Source: Chara braunii
Lineage: Eukaryota > Plantae > Charophyceae
DNA: 51,565 nt
NCBI GenBank assembly: GCA_003427395.1
Contig: BFEA01000027.1
Coordinates: 1,249,536-1,301,100 of the forward strand
Reading direction: 5' to 3'
This document shows positions 1-11,303 of this stretch, piece by piece; positions within the stretch are counted from its first letter, which is position 1; every line of letters starts with the position of its first letter. Both the position numbers and the translations under genes were made by a program. The notes under the pieces were generated by a model that was not told the origin of the DNA, searched no databases, and saw only the letters and a list, made by a program, of their open reading frames with translations.

Positions 1-65
<65 letters not shown>

Positions 66-68
<3 letters not shown>

Positions 69-849
69 GGAATGGCAAAATAGAAATATGGGTCAAATTG
101 AGGCTACGATCTATTTCACGGTTGGAATGTTCTTTTTCAATTTATTGAGCGTTTTTCTTGGAAAGATCACAAAAAAGTCTACGATTACTCAAATTTTCAA
201 GTTTTTTTCACGCATTCTTCCGAGCGTGAAAACTCACTGAATTTGGAGTACTTTTTTTAGTTCGCCCACACATGGCTTAGTGACAAAAATGGAAAATGTG
301 TCAAATCGGCGTAACGATTATTTCGCAGTCTAAATGATTTTTTGAAAATGTTCTAATGTTATTCTTTCCAAACACGACCTCGTTTATGGATTCTCAAAAT
401 TTAAAAATTTTCTGCGGGTTCGTACGAGCACGAAAAATCGCCAAAGTTGCGTTTTGCAAAACGCCTATTTCGTTGTGCCTGACCTCATTGTTTTCAGAAA
501 ACGGGCTTCAACGCGTGGGTCTGAGGTTCCTTTTGCACTTCACATGCCCTCACTTTTTTTTGGCGTCCGCTTCTACCCGAGGACCGGTCCAACGGCCCCC
601 ACTTCTTTTTTGGGTCCACTTCCTTTGCGTCCTGGTCGTCCGCCGCCAAAAATGTGACACCTTGACACAGACGCAGAAGCCCACTGTACCGCAGCCTTAG
701 GGCTGCAAATTTAAAATCCTTGCGAGCTACCCTGTCATAGAGGCAACGTTGCGTTTTGCCCCTGATAGAGGGATAACACAAATTGTCTACCGCGTGGGCG
801 TGGGGAACTCGACCCTAAGGTAGCCAAAGCAATGAGACTAAGAGCACGT

Positions 850-853
<4 letters not shown>
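66..853. repeat. (AG)n-flanked dispersed repeat family, copy 1
   Basis: Homologous to 1793-2061 plus 13111-13572, to ~48270-48690, and inverted to ~46437-46500. Bounded by (AG)n on both sides. Confidence 0.8.
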
Positions 854-1792
<939 letters not shown>

Positions 1793-2061
1793 GTTGAATG
1801 GTAAAATTGAAATATGGGTCAAACTGCGCCCGCGATCTATTTCACAGTTGGAATGATTTTTTTTAATTTATTTAACATTTTTCTTGGAAAGATCACAAAG
1901 AAATCTATGAGTACTTCAATTTTCAGGTTTTTTCACGCATTCTTTTGAGCGTGAAAACTCACTGAATTTGGAGTACTTTTTCAGTTGGCGCATACATGGT
2001 TGAGTGGCAAAAATGGAAAATGTGTCGAATCAGCACGGCGATTATTTCGTGGTCTAGATGA
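1793..2061. repeat. (AG)n-flanked repeat family, copy 2 left part
   Basis: Aligns by eye with 68-340. Confidence 0.8.
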
Positions 2062-3438
2062 TTTTTTTTATTTTTTTTTTTTTTTTTGAAGTCCAGGGTG
2101 TTGTAGAGGCCAGTTACTAGGCACACATTGATCGCCGAAAGCGGTCAGCCGTGGTCGCTCTGAGGCGAGGTCACCACCCATCCCATCCTCTCGTCAATAC
2201 TCCTAGCGCATCCCCTATCCCTACTATCCTACCTCAGTGTGACCAACACTCAAGACCATCACCCTACGTATCAAGGGGAACTTGGACCAAACAGTAGTGA
2301 CAAGCACCAGGGCTAGCTACCTAGCCCTGGTTGCAGCATAGTCGAACGAGCCTCATCGTATGGGTACTTCGTACGCCAGGCTCAAGCAATCACCTATTGG
2401 CCCCTAAATTGACCAACTAGTAACTCACGCCCTCTACTCTCCCACCACAGACCTAGCTGTATATTTAATGCGGGGAACTTATCGTCCGGATGCCTATCAT
2501 CATCACCTGTTGGAGCAGACGAAGCCAACCAGTGACTCACGCCCTCCACTCTCCCACCACAGACCCTAGCTCTATATTTAAGGCGGGGTACTTATCACCG
2601 AGACGCCTATCATCATTATCAGTTGACCGTGACCTCCACCCAGCCCTTGTGTATGTGTGTGTTAGGCGAACAGGACGCTACTGCGCAATGAAGCGCAGCG
2701 AGCTACTCACAACAAAACGCGCCAAAATGCAATACACAAGATGTTGGGCAAACTTATATTACTATGGCATTCGGAGCGATAGAATAGCACCCAGGGTTTG
2801 CATATAATCAACCCTTCCCAGCTCGACCTTATCCGAGCTCATAGGTTTGCATGGCACTTTCTTCACATTCACGGAGGGTGGGACAGGAAATAGGGAAGCA
2901 TTGATGGGTAGGTAACGCATATGCATTTAACAAAGAAAGAAGGAGTATTCATAAGAGGAAGCAACAATTGAGAAGGCCAAGAGGTGCTAAAAGTTTTTTA
3001 GAAAAAACAAAATGGGTTCGAGATTTAGCATACGGTTTACACGAGAAGATGAACCGAGTAGTATACAAATTCAGATCAAGAAATCAAAATTAACTTGGAA
3101 AACAAACACTACTCATGGATTCTTGAAGTGGAGCAAAACATTCACGGAGGAGTGAAAAAAACAGGTGAAGAGCACACTAAGGAAACCATCGAGAACAGCG
3201 ATCCGTCTTCAATTCATTAGTTGTCACATAATTATTACCCCTCCAACCCTCCGGATCGTAGCAAAGCGCACATATAATGAACCACCTGCAGCGCGGCTAG
3301 CACTAAAACGTTAAGACTGCGCTCGTAGGAAGGATCATCCTATGCTTAGAGTAAGGCTCACCGGCTACATGTCAATTCAATTGGTTGAGTAATCTAACCG
3401 CTCACAAATGAATAAGGAAAAGCACATGCTATACTAAA

Positions 3439-3696
3439 TCAATTAGGGAGCGATGAGTAGCAAACGAATATGATTGACGAGGGGCGCAAACGCATAAACA
3501 AGGACAACAGAATGACGCAAGCAAGCGAAATCCAGGTGAAGCCCATCTGCCCAGGAGGTGCCGAGCATATATCACCCTCCCCTTTTCCAAAATACACATG
3601 GAGAGGATCCGCAGCAAAAAGCAATGATGTGGATGCTGCCCCCATAATGAACCCCAGGATGACAGCAATCATAACCCCAGGTAGCCCCATATCCAT
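3439..3696 (-). CDS. Putative 85-aa two-helix membrane peptide in pLTR (ORF B, copy 1)
   Basis: Hydrophobic segments GVMIAVILGFIMGAA and FTWISLACVILLSLFM. Frame is preserved in copy 2 by a 3-bp indel. Confidence 0.4.
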   Translation of the reverse strand: MDMGLPGVMIAVILGFIMGAASTSLLFAADPLHVYFGKGEGDICSAPPGQMGFTWISLACVILLSLFMRLRPSSIIFVCYSSLPN

Positions 3697-3877
3697 GGTA
3701 CGTTCTCCAGACTACTAACCAATTGATTATCCTGTTCAAGCACTATAAAGAGGTAAGGCATACAAAGCACTACACAAACGGACGTGAGGCAGATCTCTTG
3801 CTTAGACACAACGCCATCAAAGAATCACGTATTGCAGTCCTCCAATCTAGCAAAACACACCCCCGGAAACACCGAAT

Positions 3878-4057
3878 CTAACTACGAGCACAAAACTTCG
3901 AGTGCGCCAACTTCTCCGTAGCATTATGAGCACCATAATACGACTTGGATACAGCGCCGTGAATAGCCGATAATTCCATGACAACGAAGAAGGCCAGCAG
4001 CGCCAAAAAAATCGTGAAAATGGCCACAATGGCAACTGAAGCGTGAGCAGCATCCAT
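3878..4057 (-). CDS. Putative 59-aa single-pass membrane/secreted peptide in pLTR (ORF A, copy 1)
   Basis: MDAAHASVAIVAIFTIFLALLAFFVVMEL... has an N-terminal hydrophobic helix. Intact in both repeats, with about 4-5 synonymous versus 3 amino-acid differences. Confidence 0.45.
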   Translation of the reverse strand: MDAAHASVAIVAIFTIFLALLAFFVVMELSAIHGAVSKSYYGAHNATEKLAHSKFCARS

Positions 4058-4244
4058 TTGGGAAGCAGTCCTTACGCAGCAGAAGTTAAATCCTACGAGA
4101 TGACTCGGTGACAACACATAACAAGATGGGAACAGGGGGGTGGTAAGTAGCATGCATATTCGGGGAAAAAAAAATACATGTAAAAAAAGAAATAAAGGAA
4201 GTCCCAGTTCGGTTTGAACGACTCTTAAATGTCGACGAAACAAT

Positions 4245-4323
4245 AGGGTTATTAGTGGGATTTCCCTAAAGTTTTTTCACCAATCCCCACTTTGATTGGT
4301 TCATCAGGGGAGGAAGTAACCCT
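4245..4323 (-). ncRNA. Type I hammerhead ribozyme (copy 1)
   Basis: Minus strand reads AGGGTTA-cttcc-TCCC-CTGATGA-ACCAATC-aaagtggg-GATTGGT-GAAA-AAAC-TTTA^GGGA-aatcccactaa-TAACCCT. Intact core, 7-bp stem II, short stem III and bipartite stem I. Predicted cut after UUA, between 4267 and 4266. Confidence 0.88.
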
Positions 4324-4549
4324 TAGTTTTCATACCGAGAGGAACTGGACATTCATTCATATCCTAGGGGAATGGGGGAGGTGAGAGAAATTTTCGGGAA
4401 TACATAGGGGATGTGAGCGATGGGGTATTTTACCACTCTGGCATCTGAAGACGAAGCTCCACTTATCTTGACGATCAAGCACTCAAATCGACACACTCCC
4501 CTCAGACGACGTAGGTGATGAACCCGTATTCACGAGCAGAGGACTTAGC

Positions 4550-4885
4550 CACTAGGACTAGAGAAAGAGAGCGGGGAGATGGAGATGGAGATGGGTTGAG
4601 GGAGAAAACGAGTATAGGGAGAAGGAAGAGAAGAAGAGTACAAAAGTTCCTTGCGGAGAACGCGTCGATGGCGCTGCGGCGAAACAGCGAACCATGGGCC
4701 GCTGGAAGTATGCTTGACCCGCTCTCGGTACAGATGTCGGGAGCAGGAAGGCATATCCAGGCGACTCATGAAAGAGGATTAGCAAAAGTGTGGTACACAG
4801 TTATATATCCAAACCTAGGGGGTGGCCATAAGTTACGAACTAATGGGCAGGAACCTAGTCACATTTTTTTGAAAACCCTAAGGAT
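4550..4885 (-). promoter_or_regulatory. Putative Pol II promoter/5' UTR in pLTR (same in copy 2 at +6980)
   Basis: Telo-box AAACCCTAA at 4873-4881, TATATAA on the minus strand at ~4801-4807, then a CT-rich Y-patch (4640 to 4555) upstream of the ribozyme. Confidence 0.35.
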
Positions 4886-5267
4886 AGGCGCGGGGTCTGA
4901 TTCATCGCCTGCTTTACCCTGAGAGGGCATGGGAGGGGTGACCCGGGTCCAGAGGCCCTAGAAAATGGAAAGCCACGTATTTGTAGTGGCAACAATGAGT
5001 CCTGTTATGAAAAAAATGTATATACATATACATATATTTATTTTTTTGAAAGGCATATATTTATTTATTTTTTATTTTTTATTTTTCAGTATTTATTTTT
5101 TATTTTTTATTTCTTTATATTTATTGTAAATCAAACATTCGTAAAAAAAAAAAATTATTTACTAAAGGAATTTCTTATCCCAATTATATATATATATATA
5201 TGTTTGTACATATTTATATATGTTTGTACATATTTATATATGTTTGTACATATTTATATATGTTTGT

Positions 5268-5337
<70 letters not shown>

Positions 5338-5373
5338 CTGTCTCTTATACACATCTAGATGTGTATAAGAGAC

Positions 5374-5375
<2 letters not shown>
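5338..5375. other. Nextera mate-pair junction adapter (assembly artefact)
   Basis: CTGTCTCTTATACACATCT-AGATGTGTATAAGAGACAG (back-to-back Tn5 mosaic ends) inside the (TG)n tract. Confidence 0.98.
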
Positions 5376-5432
<57 letters not shown>

Positions 5433-5567
5433 ACCCCTGTCCCGCTGGCAGGTGAACCGTTTGAGGCAAGCTGCAGGTACCTGCCTCAACGGCGAGGTAC
5501 CTACCAGCCACCATAACGGCCCTGACAGGTCGGGACCGAAATAATGAAAAATACACAACACATAATT

Positions 5568-8500
5568 TTACACATAGCACACAGACACAAGGAAAAAATT
5601 CCTTTCGGGATAAGGAGTTACCTTGAATTTGAAGTATGTGGCTCGCACGTCCACTCTGGGTTTCAGATATAGATGCAGAGAGTCAAGTACTCTATACATT
5701 GCCTGAAGACATTTCTGCCGCTGGAAACCGTTGTCAATCATTTTTTTAACAATGAGCCAAATTTCATGTGCCGCATCCTCGGGTTGTGAACATACTACCA
5801 ATACAATAGCAACCTGGGAACGGATGATGTTGAGGGACTGTTGGATATGTCTATTGGATCGAAATTTGACATATTTGGAAATTGAAAAATCCAACAGTTG
5901 TCGTTTGTCAAACTTTGTGGTGACAAATTCACCAGTTGAGTCTGACACAACTGAGATATCCAAATTCAGAAACTGCGTTTTCAGTCCATAAATTTCACCT
6001 GAATCTGTTTCGAAAAATATTTCAATTTGGTTCTTGATTTGGATTAGGTTCAGAGGGTATAGATGAAAGACATTTTCATCAGTTCTGGGTTGCTTCGGGT
6101 CCAAGAATTTCATAATAGAAGGATTGTTAAGACAGTGGAGGTCATTAATGTATCGAAATGAATCTTTAAACATTGGGAGGAGGTCGAAGGCCCTGTTATT
6201 GATGATTCTCATGATGAGAAGATATTCATATTTGAAAAAATAGATATTACAGAAGGATGACGAACATGGGAGTCCCATAGGGATTCCAAGTTTCTGCCTC
6301 CAAAGCTTACCACCAAGCGATGTATAGCACCTATCCAACAGTCATTGAGCAAGCATTCGTAGCTGCCCTTTGGTGAGAAAAAAAATTTTATCAGATCCTT
6401 CACTGGCTTTCTTGACAAATTTACATTTTACCTTTCCAGACACAGTGCGTTTGCATTTTAGAACGATTCCTTCACCAAACTTTTCCGCCATTTTCGATGC
6501 TATGTCTAGAAAAAAATTCAGGGCATTAGGGAGACCATCTGGGTCTGTACCAATAGGAATCGTTTCAAAACATCTTGAGATATCTGCAAAAAAAACTGAA
6601 AAAAACTTATCCGGCAAGTTATAGCAGTAATCCTGTATTGCATCAATCGTCCACCAGATTGATGTACAGACTCCGTGAAAGGCAAAGATGCCATCAGTAA
6701 TTTCCTTGCATCTCTTTTTGACCAACGGGATTAGCGCTTTGAAACACTCATCACAAATGGTCGCAAGAGGGGTGAGGAAAGTAGCCACAGCATTGGTTAA
6801 CCATCTGAATGGCTTTTTGTGGTGCTTGTAGAGGGTCATTAAGTAGGGAATCTTAGGGGGTCCTATCGAAGCCCTTGGGAGAACGTTGGCTAGGGAAAGG
6901 CAGGCATGAGAAAGGATGTCATCTGCAGAAAGGTTGCAAGTTTCAAAATCAGAACTGTTGAGCCTATTGAGCGTCATTCTTCTTATAAGATTAATACATG
7001 TAAAGGACGGAGTATTAGCGGCCTTATCAGTTCCTGAGATAAAAAGCTTGTTAGTGAGAAAGTTGATCTCACTGATAACCGGGTGGCAGTTTAGAGCACA
7101 CGGAGGGTCCCTTGCTTGCTTCAAGAATAGGAGGGAAAGTTGTTTCGAGACTTTTTAGCCTCCTTGACTGCTGCAGGTGGGAGGAACGTCCTGGATTCAA
7201 CAAACTTAACAATTATATCCCAGGCTGCAAGGTATTCACCTTTTACCTGCGTTACAATCCTTGGTTGGGTTGGAATGTGGTTCATTCCTTCTTTTAACAA
7301 GGCATTCAGAGTACGGTTACTGGATATAGACGAATTGAGAGACAGGACGTGGGTAGATGGGGAAGGATACGGTTGCGCCATATCCAAAGTGAACTTCGCA
7401 TGAAAAGGTAAGAACCTTGAGCAGTAACATGGACATGTTAGTTTTTGTGAATAGGAAAGAAGCCAATCCTCAAGGACGAAGTCACTAAAGACCTTCGCAG
7501 GTTTGTACAGTACAGATTCAAGGGATTGGGTATACGTTCATCCAATTACGATTGTGGACAGAAGGATAATGGTCGTTGTTGAGAATAAACTTTCAAAGGC
7601 CTTTTCCAAAATGGCCCTGAATTTGACGCATTCCATTGCCCTATTGACATACTTCAAGTGAACATGCATGGAGGCTTTTTCCTGTCGCCCTGTAAGCCAT
7701 TTGTATCTTCCGGTTTCATCCGTCGTCATATGGCCATTCAACTCCTGCACAAACAGTCAATAATATGCAAGATTAAAAACAACATTAACCGAACAAAATG
7801 AGGTTAGGATACTACTTGAAGAGGAGTGACATTCTTGCCCCCGAAGTCCTTGGGCTTCGTCTGAGTTGGCAGCATGAGTGAGCTTTGTCCATGGACGATT
7901 GGAAAGTGATAGCGGATCCCGGCGGTGTCTCCACTGGGACAAAGTTCGTTGCGTTGCAGGCTGGAGTCATAGGCTGCTCGTAGCCACTGGCCGACGCCTG
8001 CTGGCGAGGGAGCTGCTCAGGCTTGACGTAGTACGTAAGGATGGAATTATTATGTCGTTTTGTTGGATGAACTTCGCGTTCCTTCCGTCTCTGCCGCTTG
8101 GAGGGGCTCTTGATGTACTTGTCAGGTAGGATGAGAGCGGCCATTTTCCTGGGAAATTTTCGTGCCATCATTGCCGGATCATCAAGGATCGTTTTCACTC
8201 TTCTACAGGGGTTTGCGATGACATTTTCAGCCATCTTCTGCATGATGTCCCTCATATGGAAAAACACCAGTGCGGCAAGAATAGGAGCTCTCCACACGGT
8301 CTTTAAGAAGTTTCTCATTGCCCTGATGCGGGCTCTGAGAGTGGGGGCAACCGGGTACAAGTACTCGAGATTGGCAAGAAGATACCAAAGAACATGGTCG
8401 AACCATGTAATGGTAGTCTTGCAATCAGGTTTCCCCTCGTCTACACATCTACATTTAAAAAAACGAACGTCCGACATTTCAGATTCTCTTAAGTTCAGAA

Positions 8501-9440
8501 ATGACATCCGCGCCCTTTGCCGCGCAAAAACTCCTGACCTGCAGTTGTGAAGAAGAAGCAGAGCATTTCAGCGGGTCGAAATGGCCAACTGGTGGCAGTC
8601 TCATAGCTTCTGGACCGAGAGGATATGGTCCTTTAATGAGTTTTATATCCTCGCTCATCGCTTGTCATAACAGAGATCCATCTCTGCATCAGTGAGAGAG
8701 GCAAGGAGTTTATATGTCGTAGCACTGATGGGAGCGGAATGATTAAAGGTATCCAGGTCCCAAACTTTATTATGGAGCCTGGCCGATTCAGACTCCACCC
8801 ATCTGGATGGAGCAAACGGGAGAAACGCGTTTCTATAGTACTTAGTGGCCGTCCTCCGTTTCTCATTGGCTATCCCACTTTTGAGATCAGCTTTGGCCTT
8901 GGCAACCTCGGCAGCATGAAATAACCTTTCCTCCTCAGTGAGCTCAAGATCAGCATTATCCGAATTATAATCAATCGCCTCAGTGACAGGGACAGCGAGT
9001 AAGCCATCATGAAAGGGGGATTTTGCCCCCCAGAGATCAACAAGGGTTTTTTTCCTTCATGGTCAAATCATCAGTGATGGACGCATGGACAAGGATGTCC
9101 TCGTCAGCCACATCTTTCGCATTCTCGACAAGACTTTTGGAAAGTACGGGGAAGGCAACTTTATCATGAGAATCCGTCCAAATGATATATGCCCAATCGT
9201 TGAATCGAAGAATAGAGATCAGAGGGGCATGCGGGGAAGGGATATCAACAGAGTTAACCCTGACAAATTCCAAGACTACAAGGCTAGCCAGGGCGATAAG
9301 CGCTTGTGCGGGACGGGATGGAGCACGAAAACGTTCCAACCATTCATAGTTCCCACGAACCAAATCCACATACCATCCAAATAATTCTGCCACAAGTACA
9401 AACAAAACACGGATTTTGAAGCAAGCGGCGGAGAAGTATA
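5568..9440 (-). pseudogene. Disrupted PLE reverse transcriptase polyprotein (long unknown N-terminus, CxC linker, RT core with IFD-like insert, thumb)
   Basis: Motifs in order: LTCPCYC; THVLSLNSSISSNRTLNALLKEG; GTDKAAN; PYLMTLYKHHKKPFRW; ADISRCFETIP (A); RQKLGIPMG (B'); FRYINDL (C, YIDD to YIND); FLNLDI; TKFDKR..F.I..Y...SN...SQ....CS. Lesions: in-frame TGA at 6342-6344 and 7538-7540, a frameshift in the A-run at ~7152-7156, and further frameshifts upstream (~8660, ~9048). The 5' limit is approximate. Confidence 0.9.
7745..7815 (-). other. Putative 71-nt spliceosomal intron in the PLE ORF
   Basis: GTAGTA...T-rich...TTGAC TGTTTGTGCAG. Removal joins ...NVTPLQ to ELNGHM..., which is in frame with the CxC/RT region. 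Confidence 0.55.
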
Positions 9441-10415
9441 TGTTTAATATGCAAAAAATCTTCCCTCTAGTGGGAACATTATTCTAATAGCTTCCTACCA
9501 ACCATAGGTCAAATCGCCATTTAAAACTCATGCATCACCAAAACGCGCTGAAAATATTTCAAGAAGCTCGACAAGGTGGAATCGACCCCCTTGATAGCAA
9601 AAGAGGGGACATATACATTCCCCCGCTACGTGTGTGTGTTAGGAGAACATGACGCTACTGCGCAATGAAGCGCAGCGAGCTACTCAAAACAAAACGCGCC
9701 AAAATGGAATACACAAGATGTTGGGCAAACTGATATTACTATGGCATTCGGAGCGATAGAATAACACCCAGGGTTTGCATATAATCAACCCTTCCCAGCT
9801 CGACCTTATCTGAGCTCATAGGTTTGCATGGCACTTTCTTCACATTCACGGAGGGTGGGACAGGAAATAGGGAAGCATTGATGGGTAGGTAATGCATATG
9901 CATTTAATAAAGAAAGAAGGAGTATTCATAAGAGGAAGCAACAATTGAGCAGGCCAAGAGGTGCTAAAAGTTTTTTAGAAAAAACAAAATGGGTTCGAGA
10001 TTTAGCATACAGTTTACACGAGAAGATGAACCGAGTAGTATACAAATTCAGATCAAGAAATCAAAATTAACTTAAAAAACAAACACTACTCATGGATTCT
10101 TGAAGTGGAGCAAAACATTCACGAAGGAGTGAAAAAAACATGTGAAGAGCACACTGAGGAAACCATCGAGAACAGCGATCCGTCTTCAATTAATTACTTG
10201 TCACAGAATTATTACCCCTCCAACCCTCCGGATCGTAGCAAAGCGCACATATAATGAACCACCCGCAGCGCAGCTAACACTAAAACGTTAAGACTGCGCT
10301 CGTAGGAAGGATCATCATATGCTTAGAGTGAGGCTCACCGGCTACATGTCAATTCAATTGGTTGAGTAATCTAACCACTCACAAATGAACAAGGAAAAGC
10401 ACATGCTATACTAAA

Positions 10416-10676
10416 TCAATCAGGGAGCGATGAGTAGCATAATAATATGATTGACGAGGGGCGCAAACGCATAAACAAGGACAACAGAATAATGACGCAA
10501 GCAAGCGAAATCCAGGTGAAGCCCATCTGGCCAGGAGGTGCCGAGCATACATCACCCTCCCCTTTTCCAAAATACACGCGGAGAGGATCCGCAACAAGAA
10601 ACGATGATGTGGATGCTGCGCCCATAATGAACCCCAGGATGACAGCAATCATAATCCCAGGTAGCCCCATATCCAT
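10416..10676 (-). CDS. pLTR ORF B, copy 2 (86 aa)
   Basis: Paralogue of 3439-3696. Confidence 0.4.
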   Translation of the reverse strand: MDMGLPGIMIAVILGFIMGAASTSSFLVADPLRVYFGKGEGDVCSAPPGQMGFTWISLACVIILLSLFMRLRPSSIILLCYSSLPD

Positions 10677-10857
10677 GGTACGTTCTCCAGACTACTAACC
10701 AATTGATTATCCTGTTCAAGCACTATAAAGAGGTAAAGCATACAAAGCACTACACAAACGGACGTGAGGCAGATCTCCTGCTTAGACACAACATCATCAA
10801 AGAATCACGTATTGCAGTCCTCAAATCGAGCAAAACACACCCCCGGAAACACCGAAT

Positions 10858-11037
10858 CTAACTACGAGCACAAAACTTTGAGTGCGCCAGCTTCTCCGTA
10901 GCATTATGAGCACCATAATACGACTTGGATACAACACTGTGAATAGCCGATAATTCCATGACAACGAAAAAGGCCAGCAGCGCCAAAAAAATCGCGAATA
11001 TGGCCACAATGGCAACTGAAGCGTGAGCAGCATCCAT
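10858..11037 (-). CDS. pLTR ORF A, copy 2 (59 aa)
   Basis: Paralogue of 3878-4057. Confidence 0.45.
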   Translation of the reverse strand: MDAAHASVAIVAIFAIFLALLAFFVVMELSAIHSVVSKSYYGAHNATEKLAHSKFCARS

Positions 11038-11224
11038 TTGGGAAGCAGTCCTTACGCAGCAGAAGTTAAATCCTACGAGATGACTCGGTGACAACACATA
11101 ACAAGATGGGAACAGGGAGGTGGTAAGTAGCATGCATATTCGGAAAAAAAAAAATACATGTAAAAAAAGAAATAAAGGAAGTCCCAGTTCGGTTTGAACG
11201 ACTTTTAAATGTCGACGAAACAAT

Positions 11225-11303
11225 AGGGTTATTAGTGGGATTTCCCTAAAGTTTTTTCACCAATCCCCACTTTGATTGGTTCATCAGGGGAGGAAGTAAC
11301 CCT
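11225..11303 (-). ncRNA. Type I hammerhead ribozyme (copy 2)
   Basis: Identical to 4245-4323; predicted cut between 11247 and 11246. Confidence 0.88.

Larger units (their letters stand above)
2663..5269 (-). repeat. 3' terminal repeat (pLTR copy 1)
   Basis: Near-identical to 9640-12200 apart from scattered substitutions, one 3-bp indel and a more variable AT-rich end. Confidence 0.95.

Noticed and set aside
4515-4922. 135-aa plus-strand ORF in each terminal repeat
   Set aside because: Antisense to the element and overlaps the GA-rich tract. Its conservation is trivially explained by near-identity of the repeats.
5338-5375. Genuine Tn5/IS50 ends or horizontal transfer
   Set aside because: Exact synthetic back-to-back mosaic-end junction adapter, a library artefact.
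6342-7540. In-frame TGA codons in the RT as selenocysteine (as in some Naiads) or UGA=Trp recoding
   Set aside because: Both fit TGG-to-TGA at probable Trp positions rather than Cys. The catalytic Asp also shows a G-to-A change (YIND), frameshifts are present, and the 3' hairpin lacks a SECIS AUGA/GA core. Simple decay explains them.
9086-9107. Additional hammerhead (CTGACGA plus GGACA/TGTCC hairpin on minus strand)
   Set aside because: No GAAA after the stem. The CTGATGA at ~25168 and CTGACGA at ~50851 fail the same test.
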